From Alphaproteobacteria bacterium (lineage in GTDB: Bacteria > Pseudomonadota > Alphaproteobacteria > Bin95), in assembly GCA_964291285.2 (NCBI GenBank), contig OZ219787.1, positions 896,001-960,000 on the forward strand: a DNA stretch of 64,000 bases. Direction: 5' to 3'. Positions 17,302-27,232 of this stretch are shown in pieces. Under the pieces are notes generated by a model. That model did no database searches. It was given only the letters and a program-made list of their open reading frames with translations, and was not told where the DNA came from. Position numbers and translations under genes: made by a program. Within the stretch, counting starts at the first letter, position 1. Each line of letters opens with the position of its first letter.

Positions 17302-19707
17302 CTACAGCCCGACGCGCAGGCCGGCGAGGAGGATCGCCTCGGCGTCCCGGCCGGCGTCGTGGCCCGGCTCGCGGCTCAGCGCCGCGCCGATGCGCCAGGC
17401 CGCGCCGGGGGCGAGTGGCTGCGTCCAGTCGATGCCGAAATCGAGCTGCCGCCCGGACGGTTCGAGGCCGACCCGGACCCGCTCGCGCCGCACCGCCCCT
17501 TCCGGCGTCCGGCCGACGGGCAGCGAGAGGTCGAGGCGTCCGCTCTCGACCCTGAGCGGCTGTTGCAGCGAGAGCCGGAGCGACCCCCCGCCGAGCCCGC
17601 GCGCCGCCGTCATCGAAAAGGCGGTGCTGAAGGCGTCCCCGCCGCCGTCCGCCAGCAGCCCGCCTTCCGCTTCCGGCAGCGCGCGGCCCAGTTCGCCCGC
17701 CGCCTCGAAGCGCCAGCCGCCGGCCTCGAAGCCCGCCTCCGCGCGGACATAGTCGAGGCGGGAGGAGAGGGTGCCGAACGCGCCCTCCGCGCGCGCGCCG
17801 AGGAACGCTTCCGACTCCGCCATCCGGCCGAGGCCCATGCTCACCGGCCCGCCCGCCGGTCGCCAGGCGAGCGCGAGGCCGAGCGTCTCCGCCCCGGCCC
17901 GGCCTGCCCCCGCGAAGGCGGGGGTGGAGGCGAAGGCGGACAGCGCGACATCCCCGAACCGCGCCTCCGCCGAGGCCGGGCGGGCGGCGAGGCCCGTATG
18001 CGCCCCCTCGGGCGCGTCCATGTGGAACCGCAGCCCGTCGTCCCGCCCGGACGGGGCCGATGCGGCCATGTCGGCGAACCAGCGCGATAGCCGCAGCGCC
18101 GGGCCCGCCGCCTCTGCACGCCCGGCGAAGCCCGCCGCGTCGGTCCAGAAGGGCGCGCCCAGCTCGTCGAACAGCGCGATCCGCCGCCCGGCCAGGCTGC
18201 GCGAGAGCGCATCGCCGAGCGCGCGCCCCGCCAGCAGCCGGCTCCCCGCCGCCGGCGAACCGCCCCCGGCCACCCGGCTGCCGAGGGCGATGGTGGTGGC
18301 GCCCATGGGCACGGTCGCCGCGCCGAGGTCCATCAGGCCGCGCCCGAAGATGGAGGAAAGCTCGCAACGCCTCGGGTCGCCGTCGGTGTCGAGCCAGTCC
18401 GGGCATGTCCCGCCATGGGCGGCCACGGGGTCGGGCGTCACCCGTGCCGTCAGGTAGAGCCGCTCCAGCAATTCCTCGTTCGACACGCCGCGGAACCAAT
18501 GCTTCAACACCGCCAGCCCGCCGGTCACATGCGGGGCGGCGAAGGAGGTGCCCCGCGTTTCGCGGTAACCGCGCACATCGTCGCCCGTATCCGGGTCCAT
18601 GCCGAAATAGGCGGCGAGGTGCATCCAGTCGCCCGGCGCGGCGAGGCACCATTTCGCGGCGACGCCGCAGCGGTTGGAGAAGGAGGCGATGCGGCGGTTG
18701 CGGTCGGTCGCCACCACGGCCACGACATGGCTGCGCAGATCCTCCTCCAGCACCGGCAGGCCGGGGCCGATCGTCGGCGAGGTGGCGCGGATGCGGCCGT
18801 TGACGCAGTTCGGCTCCGAGGCCGCGCATTCGCGGCTGTTGGCGTTGCCGGCGGCGATCACCAGGACCGTCTTGCCGGTCGTCTTGGCCGTCTGCGCGAG
18901 GGTATCGACCGCCGTCCGGTAGCCGGAATGCCCGCTTTCGAGGTCCGCCTTCTCGTAGTTCTCCACCAGGCCGCTTATGCCGAAGCTCATGTTGACGAAA
19001 TCAACGCCGGACGGGAGGTCGGAAAACAGGTCCGCAAGCCGGACTATGTGCCGCGCCGCCCTTGCCGGTGAGGCTCCGACATAGCTCTGGCCGGGGGGCG
19101 GCGGGTCGCCGAGGGGTATGGACAGCATGTCGAGACGGTCTATGCCCCAGGCGACGCCGTGGAAGTTGAATCGGGCGCCATTGGACGAGGTGAACATGAG
19201 CGTGTTGTCGCGCTGCGCGGCGATGACGCTCGCCACCGGCGTGCCGTGGTCCCGGTTTCCGCAGCCGTCCACGGAGTGGCATATCTCGCGAACCGTGAGG
19301 CCGTCGAACTCCCAGTGGCCGTCTTCCTCGCCGTCGTTGGGGTCGTCGTCGATGTCGATGCCGTTGTCGATCACCGCGACATGCGCTTCCTTTCCGGGCG
19401 CCGGTGCTGTGACGCCCTCCCGCTCGGCCCGCTCGGCGATGCGGGCATAGGCGGTCGCCGCGCCGATCTGCGCCAGGCCCCACGCCGCCATGTAGTCGGA
19501 ATAGTCTTCATAGGGGGCGGCATGGCGCTGGAGCGCGGCCGGCCGCGGTAGGACCCTCGGCGCCACCGTCGCAGGACGGGGCGGGGCGGGGCTGACGTTG
19601 CCCCCGCCGCCGGTCGCGGAGAGGCCGCCACCGCCTCCTCCGCCGCCGCAACTGGCCGCCAGCGCGGCCAGACCGACCGCAACAGCCAAGCGTAATCCTG
19701 CTGCCAT
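17302..19707 (-). CDS. S8 subtilisin-like serine peptidase, lipoprotein with probable C-terminal beta-barrel
   Basis: Lipobox LAASC plus poly-Gly; VAVIDNG, DHGTPVAS, IAAGN and GTSFAAPHV; amphipathic beta-rich C-terminus. Confidence 0.9.
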   Translation of the reverse strand: MAAGLRLAVAVGLAALAASCGGGGGGGGLSATGGGGNVSPAPPRPATVAPRVLPRPAALQRHAAPYEDYSDYMAAWGLAQIGAATAYARIAERAEREGVTAPAPGKEAHVAVIDNGIDIDDDPNDGEEDGHWEFDGLTVREICHSVDGCGNRDHGTPVASVIAAQRDNTLMFTSSNGARFNFHGVAWGIDRLDMLSIPLGDPPPPGQSYVGASPARAARHIVRLADLFSDLPSGVDFVNMSFGISGLVENYEKADLESGHSGYRTAVDTLAQTAKTTGKTVLVIAAGNANSRECAASEPNCVNGRIRATSPTIGPGLPVLEEDLRSHVVAVVATDRNRRIASFSNRCGVAAKWCLAAPGDWMHLAAYFGMDPDTGDDVRGYRETRGTSFAAPHVTGGLAVLKHWFRGVSNEELLERLYLTARVTPDPVAAHGGTCPDWLDTDGDPRRCELSSIFGRGLMDLGAATVPMGATTIALGSRVAGGGSPAAGSRLLAGRALGDALSRSLAGRRIALFDELGAPFWTDAAGFAGRAEAAGPALRLSRWFADMAASAPSGRDDGLRFHMDAPEGAHTGLAARPASAEARFGDVALSAFASTPAFAGAGRAGAETLGLALAWRPAGGPVSMGLGRMAESEAFLGARAEGAFGTLSSRLDYVRAEAGFEAGGWRFEAAGELGRALPEAEGGLLADGGGDAFSTAFSMTAARGLGGGSLRLSLQQPLRVESGRLDLSLPVGRTPEGAVRRERVRVGLEPSGRQLDFGIDWTQPLAPGAAWRIGAALSREPGHDAGRDAEAILLAGLRVGL

Positions 19708-19849
19708 GATCTACATATCGGACACCATCAACTATAGGCATCGTATTATCCGATAGGTGTTGGCAGCGCAATCTTTCCGCGCTTGCGCCCCGGCGCCGGG
19801 CGGGCCACGATGGCGGCCGGCCGGAACGGGAACAGCGAACGGGGGCTCC

Positions 19850-20899
19850 ATGCAGCTCGCAGCCAGACGCCACGATGTCGCCGACATGATGGCGGCGCAG
19901 GAGTTCTTCCACAGCCGGGGCTGGACCGACGGCCTGCCGGTGGTGCCGCCGACGGAGGAGACCGTCGAGGCCTGCCTGGAGTGGGCGGGTCTCGTGCCGG
20001 ACCATCTGGTCGGCGTGGAGCCGGTGCGGGCCCGCGCGATCACGGCCGAGAAGCTGGCGATCAACGCCGTCATGGCGGGCTGCCTGCCGATGCATTTCCC
20101 GGTCGTCGTCACCGCCTTCACGGCGATGCTGCAGGAGCCCTTCCTGCTGCACGGCGCCACCGCCAGCACCGGCGGCTGCGCCGTGCTGGTCGTCGTCAAC
20201 GGGCCGATTACGGCCGATATCGGCATGGACGCGACCTTCAATGCGCTCGCCTCCAGCGACCGGGCGTCGACGGCCATCGGCCGCAGCCTGCGCCTCTGCC
20301 TCATCAACCTGATGGATGTCCGCCCGGGCGCCATCGACCGCTCGGTGCTCGGCCATCCGGGCAAGATCAGCTATTGCCTCGCCGAGGACGAAGCCGGCTC
20401 GGAATGGCTGCCGCTCGCCGAGGAACGCGGCATGCCGGTGGGCGCCTCCAGCGTGACCGTCATGGCCGCCGGCGCGCCGCGCCAGCTGATGAACGAGTGG
20501 ACGACGGTTCCCGAGGAAATCCTCGACACCTTCGTCTCCGAGATACGCGCCAACATGCGCCACTATTCGATCTGGCCGGGCAACTACGCCATCGTCGTGC
20601 CGCCGCAATTGCGCGCCCATTTCCACGCCGCCGGCTGGTCCAAGGCCGATGTCCGCGCCTATGTCTTCGAGAAGGCCCGCATCCTGCGCTCGGAATGGGC
20701 GGACTGCGGCAAGGGCGCGGTGGTGCGCGACCGGGGCGGCTCGGAATATGCTGCGCTCTCCGCCCCGGAGGACCTGCTGGTGATCGCCGCGGGCGGCCCG
20801 GCCGGCGGCTTCGGCGCGGTCATCCCGCCCTGGCTCGGGCCCAAGAGCCGGGCGGTCACGGTTGCGATCGGCGCCTGCGTCGATTGCGAAATTCCATAA
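19850..20899 (+). CDS. Conserved partner protein of UGSC-family (seleno)proteins
   Basis: GWTDGLPVVPPT and EKLAINAVMAGC motifs; C-terminal CVDC; directly upstream of the UGSC gene. Confidence 0.8.
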   Translation: MQLAARRHDVADMMAAQEFFHSRGWTDGLPVVPPTEETVEACLEWAGLVPDHLVGVEPVRARAITAEKLAINAVMAGCLPMHFPVVVTAFTAMLQEPFLLHGATASTGGCAVLVVVNGPITADIGMDATFNALASSDRASTAIGRSLRLCLINLMDVRPGAIDRSVLGHPGKISYCLAEDEAGSEWLPLAEERGMPVGASSVTVMAAGAPRQLMNEWTTVPEEILDTFVSEIRANMRHYSIWPGNYAIVVPPQLRAHFHAAGWSKADVRAYVFEKARILRSEWADCGKGAVVRDRGGSEYAALSAPEDLLVIAAGGPAGGFGAVIPPWLGPKSRAVTVAIGACVDCEIP

Positions 20900-20931
20900 G
20901 TTCGCACGACACGAGGAGAGAGAAGCGAGCC

Positions 20932-21456
20932 ATGCAGATACTCGATCCGTCGCATGAGGAAGGGGCCGGGGGCTTTGCGCCTGCGGTCCGGCTTGCGGCG
21001 CTGGAAGGCGCGACCGTCGGGGTGATCTCGAACGGCAAGGAAGGCACCAAGGGCTTCTTCACCGCCTTCGAGCGGGTGCTCAGGGAGCAGTACGGCGTCG
21101 GCGAGGTCGTGCTGCGCACCAAGTCGAACTACAGCGCGCCTGCGGACGCGGGCCTGCTGGAGGAAGCGAAGAGCTGGGATGCGCTCGTCGCCGGCATTGG
21201 CGATTGAGGCAGCTGCTCGTCGTGCAGTTTGCATGACGCGGTTGCCGGAGAGCGCATCGGGGTGCCGTCGGCCGGCATCATGACGGAAACCTTCGTGAGC
21301 GCGGCGGCGCTGATGGCGCGCGTGCTCGGCGCGGAGGATTATCCCTTCGCCGTCATCGAACACCCGATCAGCAGCGCCGGCCGGGCGGCGCTCGCGGCCC
21401 GCGCTGAGCGCGCCGCCGCGGACTGCGCCCGGCTGCTCACGGGCGCAGACGGGTAG
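20932..21456 (+). CDS. UGSC family selenoprotein (174 aa, Sec at TGA 21205-21207)
   Basis: In-frame GIGD-U-GSCSSCSLHD; the two track ORFs are contiguous in one frame; GAGGAG upstream; hairpin after UGA. Confidence 0.9.
21208..21246 (+). promoter_or_regulatory. Putative bacterial SECIS element
   Basis: CGTCGTGCA-GTT-TGCATGACG stem-loop extended by GGCAGC/GTTGCC; loop G lies 20 nt after UGA. Confidence 0.75.
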
Positions 21457-21501
21457 AGTGCCGCTTGTTCTAAAATATTCAGAAATTATTCTCAAAATGC
21501 C

Positions 21502-21530
21502 TTGACATTACGCGGCCTCGCGACTAGATA
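21502..21530 (+). promoter_or_regulatory. Putative sigma70 promoter of element copy 2
   Basis: TTGACA-17 bp-TAGATA with an AT-rich upstream tract. Confidence 0.65.
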
Positions 21531-21852
21531 GGCCGGGAGGAAGGCAGCGGCGTCCGCGCGGAGCCGCTTCCTCTCCCGGTTCGCGCCGGCGCGAAAATAC
21601 CCCTGAGAAACGGACGGGAAAGGTGCGCCCTGATTTCGGGGTCGCGCGCGCGGGCAATCAGGCGCGCGAACCGCGCCGGCGCCGACACGCGCCCGCACCC
21701 GCGCGCGATACGCGCGAAACAGGGTCCCGCCGCACCGGGCGAGCCGGCGGCGGGGAGAACGGAACGGAGCGGAACGAAATGCGACAGAGGAACGACAGGC
21801 AGGAGGCGGGCAGGCGGCGGCCGGGCGGACAGGATGGCCTCCCGGCCCTCAA

Positions 21853-22083
21853 CCGTCACCCCGCCTTCGCGGGGGCAGGCCGTTGGGGGACGGTGGCGGT
21901 GCAGCCCCCACCCGTCGCCCCGGACCCCGATCCGGGGCCCGTCCCTGACACTCCCGGCCGGCACGGGCGGTCCGGCCCTGCTCCGACCGGCTGCGGCGGA
22001 CGCAAACGGTCAGGGATGGCCCCCCGCCTTCGCGGGAGTGACCCCCGCCGGTTCGCGGGGGCAGGCGGGGGCCGGGGTGACGG
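21853..22083. repeat. Degenerate nested REP/RPE-like palindromic element
   Basis: Terminal IR CCGTCACCCCG/CGGGGTGACGG; internal CCCCGGACCCCGATCCGGGGCCC and GTCAGGGATGGCCCC match the 17121 element. Confidence 0.7.
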
Positions 22084-22418
22084 GGAGGGGTGAGGCGGAC
22101 CATGACAGAACATGACATTTCCGGCGGGCCGCATGACAAAACATGACATTCCATGACATCCACGGTGGAGAGGACGGTCCCGCCGCCCCGCGCAGGCGGG
22201 CGCGCAGGTGCGGGCGGGCGCGCATTATGCGCGGGCGGGGGACTCTCCTCCGGCAACGGGAGCGTCCGGGACCGTGGCTCGACCAAGGAGGCCGCGGTGC
22301 CTTGCGAACGACCGGAGCGGAGACCGGCCCCATGACAAAACATGACATTTCCGGGGATGTGTCCCGGCGGCGGGTTTGCCGGCTTCCGGCCCCGCAGGGC
22401 GGCCGGGTCGGCGAGACC

Positions 22419-23678
22419 CTAAATCGCCCCTTCGCGGCGCAGACCGGCGATCTCTTCCTCCGGGAAGCCGAACTCCGCCAGCACCTCGTCGGTGTGCTCG
22501 CCGATGAGCGGCGGCGGGCGGTCGGTGCCGCGGCCCGTGTTCGCGCCGTGGAAGGCCAGGTCCACATAGGTGCCCTCGCCGCCGCCCAGCGCCTCCTGCC
22601 GCGCGACCGGCCGGAAGGTGCCGCGATGGGCAAGCTGGCCGTCCGTGCAGACCTGCGGCACGGAGGCCACCCGGCTCGCCGGCACGCCGGCCCCGGCGAG
22701 GCGCGCCTCCCAGGTGCCGGCGTCGGCCGCCGCCAGCGCCGCGACGAACTTCCCGCGGAGTGCGTCCGCGTTCTCGATCCGGTCCTGGAGTGTGGCGAAG
22801 CGCGGGTCGTCCGGGAGGTCCGTCAGGCCGAGCGTGCGGGCGAACGCGACGAACTGGCCCTGGGTGGGCGCGGCCACCATCAGGAAGCCGTCGCCGGTCG
22901 GGAAGGCGTCGGAGGTCGGGTTGTTGGTCTGCGACCTGTTGCCGTTCGGCAGGGGCTCCTGCCCGTTCACCTGCCAGAAGCTGATCGTCGGCGCCATGAT
23001 GCCGATTGCGGTGTCGAGCATGGAAAGGTCGAGATGGTCGCCCTCGCCGGTGCGCTCCCGGTGGTAGAGGGCGGTCGAGATGGCGAAACAGGCCTGCGTG
23101 GCGGTCGCCATGTCGGTCAGCCAGTATCCGGTCTTGAGCGGGTCGGCGCCGGCCGCCCCGGTGACCGCCATCATGCCCGACGCCGCCTGGATCGAGGGGT
23201 CGTAGGCGGCGGCGGGCGCGCGGGGGCCCGTTTGCCCGTATCCGGAGATGGAGCAGTAGACGAGACGCGGATTGACCTGGCGCAGCGCCTCGTAGCCGAG
23301 GCCCATGCGGTCCATCGTCCCGGCCTTGAAGTTCTGGACGAGGACATCCGCGGACGCCGCCAGCCGGCGCACGACCCCGCCCGCGCGGGGATGCTTGAGG
23401 TCGAGCGTGACGGACCGCTTGCCGGCGTTGACGGAGAGGAACAGCGTGGACATGGCATGGTCGAGGAGGCGCGGGTCCGTGGCGTGGCCGAGGCCGCGGC
23501 CCTGGTCGCCGCCGGCGCGGTTCTCGACCTTGACCACATCGGCGCCGAGCAGCGCCAGTTGCTGCGTGCAGTAAGGGCCGGCGAGCACCTGGGTGAAATC
23601 GATGATGCGCACCCCCTCGAGCGGCAGCCTCGCCGCTCCGCCCTGCGATTGCGCGGCGCCGTTCTCCTTCCCGGTCAT
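22419..23678 (-). CDS. CaiB/BaiF family III CoA-transferase
   Basis: PLEGVRIIDFTQVLAGP, LGADVVKVE, NAGKRS and AYDPSIQAASG. Confidence 0.94.
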   Translation of the reverse strand: MTGKENGAAQSQGGAARLPLEGVRIIDFTQVLAGPYCTQQLALLGADVVKVENRAGGDQGRGLGHATDPRLLDHAMSTLFLSVNAGKRSVTLDLKHPRAGGVVRRLAASADVLVQNFKAGTMDRMGLGYEALRQVNPRLVYCSISGYGQTGPRAPAAAYDPSIQAASGMMAVTGAAGADPLKTGYWLTDMATATQACFAISTALYHRERTGEGDHLDLSMLDTAIGIMAPTISFWQVNGQEPLPNGNRSQTNNPTSDAFPTGDGFLMVAAPTQGQFVAFARTLGLTDLPDDPRFATLQDRIENADALRGKFVAALAAADAGTWEARLAGAGVPASRVASVPQVCTDGQLAHRGTFRPVARQEALGGGEGTYVDLAFHGANTGRGTDRPPPLIGEHTDEVLAEFGFPEEEIAGLRREGAI

Positions 23679-23749
23679 CCCGTTCCTCCCTTCGCTGCCG
23701 GAATCCGCTACATATACCCGTTCCATCCCCGAGAACGGAGACCCGGCCC

Positions 23750-24703
23750 GTGACAAGCGATCCCCAGACCCGGCCGCGCTATCTCGGCCTGCCGACCTTC
23801 ATGCGTCTGCCCTATGCCGAGGATGTGGGCGGGGCCGACATCGCCGTGCTCGGCGTGCCGTTCGACGGCGGGGTGAGCAACCGGCCGGGCGCCCGCCACG
23901 GGCCGCGCGCGATCCGCGACCTGTCGAGCATGGTCCGCAAGGTCAACCAGGCCACCGGGGCCGCCCCCTTCGACGCCGCCAGGATCGTGGACGGCGGCGA
24001 CATCTGGACCGAGCGGGTCTATCGGCTGGAGGACGCCCATGCCGACATAGAGGCGGGATTCGCCAGGGTGCGCGAGGCCGGCGCCGTGCCGCTCTCCGTC
24101 GGCGGCGACCATTCGATCAGCCTGCCGATCATGCGCGCGCTCTTCTCCGGCGGGCCGCCGGTCGGCATGGTCCATATCGACGCCCACTGCGACACGGCGG
24201 ACGACGACAAGGGCTCGCGCTTCCATCACGGCGCGCCGTTCAGCAGGGCGGTGGAGGAGGGATTGCTGGACCCGAAACGGACGGTGCAGATCGGCATTCG
24301 CGGCGCGCTCTTCGACCCCGACAGGTGGAAGTTCAGCTATGACGCCGGCATGAGGGTCGTACCGATGGAGGAGGTCTATGAGATCGGGCCCAAGGGCGCG
24401 GCCGCCATCGCCCATGAGGTCGTGGGCGGCGGCCCGACCTATCTGTCCTTCGATATCGACTGCCTGGACCCGGCCTTCGCGCCCGGCACCGGCACGCCGG
24501 AGATCGGCGGCTTCAGCACCGCCGAGGCGCTCGTCCTGCTGCGCCGGCTGGCGGGAATCGACTTCGTTGCGGGGGACCTTGTGGAGGTGTCGCCGCCCTT
24601 CGATTCCGCCGGCATCACCGCGCTTGCCGGCGCTAATATCCTCTTCGAGATCCTCTGCCTGCTGACGGCTTCGCTCGACGCCCGGCGCAAGGCGGCGGAC
24701 TGA
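23750..24703 (+). CDS. Agmatinase/ureohydrolase family protein
   Basis: GGDHS, DAHCD and SFDIDCLDPAFAPGTGTP. Confidence 0.94.
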   Translation: MTSDPQTRPRYLGLPTFMRLPYAEDVGGADIAVLGVPFDGGVSNRPGARHGPRAIRDLSSMVRKVNQATGAAPFDAARIVDGGDIWTERVYRLEDAHADIEAGFARVREAGAVPLSVGGDHSISLPIMRALFSGGPPVGMVHIDAHCDTADDDKGSRFHHGAPFSRAVEEGLLDPKRTVQIGIRGALFDPDRWKFSYDAGMRVVPMEEVYEIGPKGAAAIAHEVVGGGPTYLSFDIDCLDPAFAPGTGTPEIGGFSTAEALVLLRRLAGIDFVAGDLVEVSPPFDSAGITALAGANILFEILCLLTASLDARRKAAD

Positions 24704-24713
24704 GGCGGGGCGC

Positions 24714-25481
24714 ATGGGCGGCGGAAGGTTCGAGGGGCGCACGGCCCTGGTGACGGGCGGGTCGCGCGGCATCGGCCGGGCGATCTGCGTCCAGCTTGCG
24801 CGCGAGGGCGCGTGGGTTGCGGTCAACTATGCGGAGAGCGGCGATGCCGCCGCCGAGACGCTCGACCTGATGAGGGCCGCAGGCGGGGAGGGCGGCGTCT
24901 TCCAGGCCGATGTCGCTTCGTGGGACGCCACCTCCGCCATGTTCGACGCCATCGAGGCCGCGCGCGGGCCGGTGGACCTGCTGGTGGCGAATGCGGGCGC
25001 GGCGTCCTTCCAGGACGATGCGAACATGCCGCTGGAGCTCTGGCGGCGGATCCTCTCGGTCAATATCGACGGCGCCTTCCACTGCGTCTGGCGGGCCAAG
25101 GAGGCCATGCAGGCGCGGGGGGACGGCCGCATCGTCTGCATCTCCTCGATCCAGGGCCTGGCGCCCAGCCGCATCCGGCGCGACCGGCTGATCGCCTACG
25201 GCACGTCGAAATCGGCGGTGATCGGGTTCTCGCGGAACTGCGCCGTCGCGTTCGGGCCGGAAATCCGGGTGAACTGCGTGGCGCCGGGCCTGATCGACAC
25301 GGACATGACGAAGGACATGAGCGACGAGATGCGCGCGCGCATCGTCGGCGAGACGCCCGCCGGGCGCACCGGCACGCCGGAGGATGTCGCCGAGTTGACC
25401 TGCTTCCTGCTGAGCGACGCCGCCGGCTTCATCACCGGCCAGACCTGCGTCACCTCCGGCGGCCTCGTGACGCTGCCTTAG
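24714..25481 (+). CDS. SDR family oxidoreductase
   Basis: TGGSRGIG, NAG and YGTSK. Confidence 0.94.
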   Translation: MGGGRFEGRTALVTGGSRGIGRAICVQLAREGAWVAVNYAESGDAAAETLDLMRAAGGEGGVFQADVASWDATSAMFDAIEAARGPVDLLVANAGAASFQDDANMPLELWRRILSVNIDGAFHCVWRAKEAMQARGDGRIVCISSIQGLAPSRIRRDRLIAYGTSKSAVIGFSRNCAVAFGPEIRVNCVAPGLIDTDMTKDMSDEMRARIVGETPAGRTGTPEDVAELTCFLLSDAAGFITGQTCVTSGGLVTLP

Positions 25482-25522
25482 TCCGGGCTTCTCCAGAAGT
25501 GCGTTCGGGACGGGAATCCGGG

Positions 25523-27232
25523 ATGAGGCGGCGGCCCGAAGAGCGGCCCGGCGTACCGCTGCGCGCTCCCGACCGCGTGATGCGGCTGCAACGGATGGGG
25601 GCGTCCTTCCAGACGAGGCTGAGCTTCATGCGCCAGCTGATCCGCCGGATGCGCAGGGAAAAGTGGCGGCTGGAACGGTTGCGCTTCGAGCTCGATGCCG
25701 ACGGGCTGGGCGCCGCCGTCTATGCGGCGCACACCCCGGCGCGGACCTATTGCCTGGTCGCGTTCACGCACGGGATCGGCGCGGAAGAGCGCACCGACCG
25801 GGTCATTGCGGAAGCCTGGGACGCGACCTTCTCGCTCTTCGACGGCGTGCCGGACGCCCCGGATATCGACCGCCTGCGCGAGAATACCCCGAGACAGGAA
25901 GCCGGGCGTTTCAGAACCAGCGAGCTGACGCTGGCGCGGGCGAACAAGAGCATGCGGCTGTTCGGGCATGCGGTCGAAAGCCTGGCCGCCGGCAGGCAGC
26001 CCGATGCCGACCGGCTTGCCGAAGTCGGCTACCTGATGCGCACGACGGCCGTTTACGGCAGCGGCAAGTTCGGCTGCGCCGACCGCGAAAAGATTGCGGA
26101 CCGGCCGGAAATGCACAGCCCGTTCCAGGCCGAATTGCTCACCGTTTACCTCATCCGGTGGATGAGCCTCGATCTGGTCAACCATCTGGCGCAATGCCGG
26201 GGCGGCGCCGGGAGCGCGAAGCTGGCCCCGGACTATGCCCGCTATCTGGGTATCGGCAACGCCACCGGGCTCGGAATGGCGCCTTTCCTCATCAGGTATC
26301 CCGTCCTCGTCAACAATTGGGTCCTGGCGCGGGAGACCGCCTTGGCGCGGGTGCGCGCCCTGCCCTCCGCAGACGCCGGGGAGGCCGCCGGGTTCATGGC
26401 TCTTCTGGCCCGCGCCCGGCGCCATGTCGGCGAGTGGAACGTGGAGGACGAGCCGCAGACCGCGCGCATCCGGCGTTTGCAGGCCGATCTCGGCGAATTG
26501 GCGCGGTGGTGTCCGGCCGGGCTCGCCGGTCGCTGTCCCTGGGATTCCCTGTACCGCTTTGCGGAGGCGAATTTCTCCCTCGAGGGGCAGGAATTCACCG
26601 TGTCGCTGCTGCTGGAGGGGCATGGCCCGGTCGTTGACGATCTCGGCGAGGAGATGAGCGCCCCGGCGCCCTCCCGGCTGAGGCCGGACATGCCGCTGGG
26701 CGAGCTCCGGCGCCTTGTCGAGGCCCATTACGGCTGGGCCCTGGCCGAGGACTACACGCGGCGCGAAGCGGTGGAGCGCTTCTGGTACTATTCCGAGGAA
26801 AAGCTCGAACCCCGCGTCGGCAATCGCCACAGCGAGCCCGGTGCGGAGTTCGAAATGCCGGTCGCGGTCGCCCGGGACATAAGCCGGCTGAAGGCGCTCC
26901 TTCTGGAATGCGAAGAATCGCGGACGGTCGCCGACTTCCTCGCGGAGTGGCCGGAATACCGCAATATCGTGTGGCGGGTGCAGACGGCCGCTCGATGCCC
27001 CTATGGCGAAATCCGCGACAACCTGATCGGGGCTGACCGGCGCCTCGTCGATATCCTGCGCTTCAAGCTGGCTTTTTTCGGCGTTTCCCAATTCGATCCG
27101 AAGTCGGACCTGTGGACGCGCGTGAACATGTATCAGGGCGCGCCGCTGCCGGACGACATCGCCGACGGGAACGGCGAGGCGTGGGCGTTCCCGACCCGGC
27201 CCGGGGACGTTTCCTTCGAGGCGGGGCCATGA
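25523..27232 (+). CDS. Conserved hypothetical protein (569 aa) paired with DUF3726
   Basis: TRLSFMR, RTDRVIAEAWD, GYLMRTTAVYGSGKFG, GIGNATGLGMAPFL and FWYYSEEKLEPR blocks; ATGA overlap with next gene. Confidence 0.82.
   Translation: MRRRPEERPGVPLRAPDRVMRLQRMGASFQTRLSFMRQLIRRMRREKWRLERLRFELDADGLGAAVYAAHTPARTYCLVAFTHGIGAEERTDRVIAEAWDATFSLFDGVPDAPDIDRLRENTPRQEAGRFRTSELTLARANKSMRLFGHAVESLAAGRQPDADRLAEVGYLMRTTAVYGSGKFGCADREKIADRPEMHSPFQAELLTVYLIRWMSLDLVNHLAQCRGGAGSAKLAPDYARYLGIGNATGLGMAPFLIRYPVLVNNWVLARETALARVRALPSADAGEAAGFMALLARARRHVGEWNVEDEPQTARIRRLQADLGELARWCPAGLAGRCPWDSLYRFAEANFSLEGQEFTVSLLLEGHGPVVDDLGEEMSAPAPSRLRPDMPLGELRRLVEAHYGWALAEDYTRREAVERFWYYSEEKLEPRVGNRHSEPGAEFEMPVAVARDISRLKALLLECEESRTVADFLAEWPEYRNIVWRVQTAARCPYGEIRDNLIGADRRLVDILRFKLAFFGVSQFDPKSDLWTRVNMYQGAPLPDDIADGNGEAWAFPTRPGDVSFEAGP

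Larger units (their letters stand above)
21465..22360 (+). repeat. Dispersed element, copy 2 (expanded, with nested palindromic element and partial second unit)
   Basis: GTGCGCCCTG (21623), GCAATCAGGCGCGCGA (21654); CATGAC at 22101, 22111, 22132, 22142, 22152, 22331 and 22341. Confidence 0.88.

Noticed and set aside
21229-21456. Separate 75-aa gene, or a nonsense pseudogene
   Set aside because: Better explained as the C-terminal half of the UGSC selenoprotein
21849-22343. Reverse-strand ORFs with recurring CHVLSC/MSCFVM peptides (also near 4.3 and 47.6 kb)
   Set aside because: They are translations of the CATGAC array; the frames are not conserved between copies
24812-25522. N-terminal extensions of the 806-aa ORF and similarly of the 879-aa (33022), 794-aa (40348), 780-aa (35064) and 550-aa (52636) ORFs
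   Set aside because: They overlap real genes and are low-complexity Arg/Gly/Ala; downstream starts fit the families better
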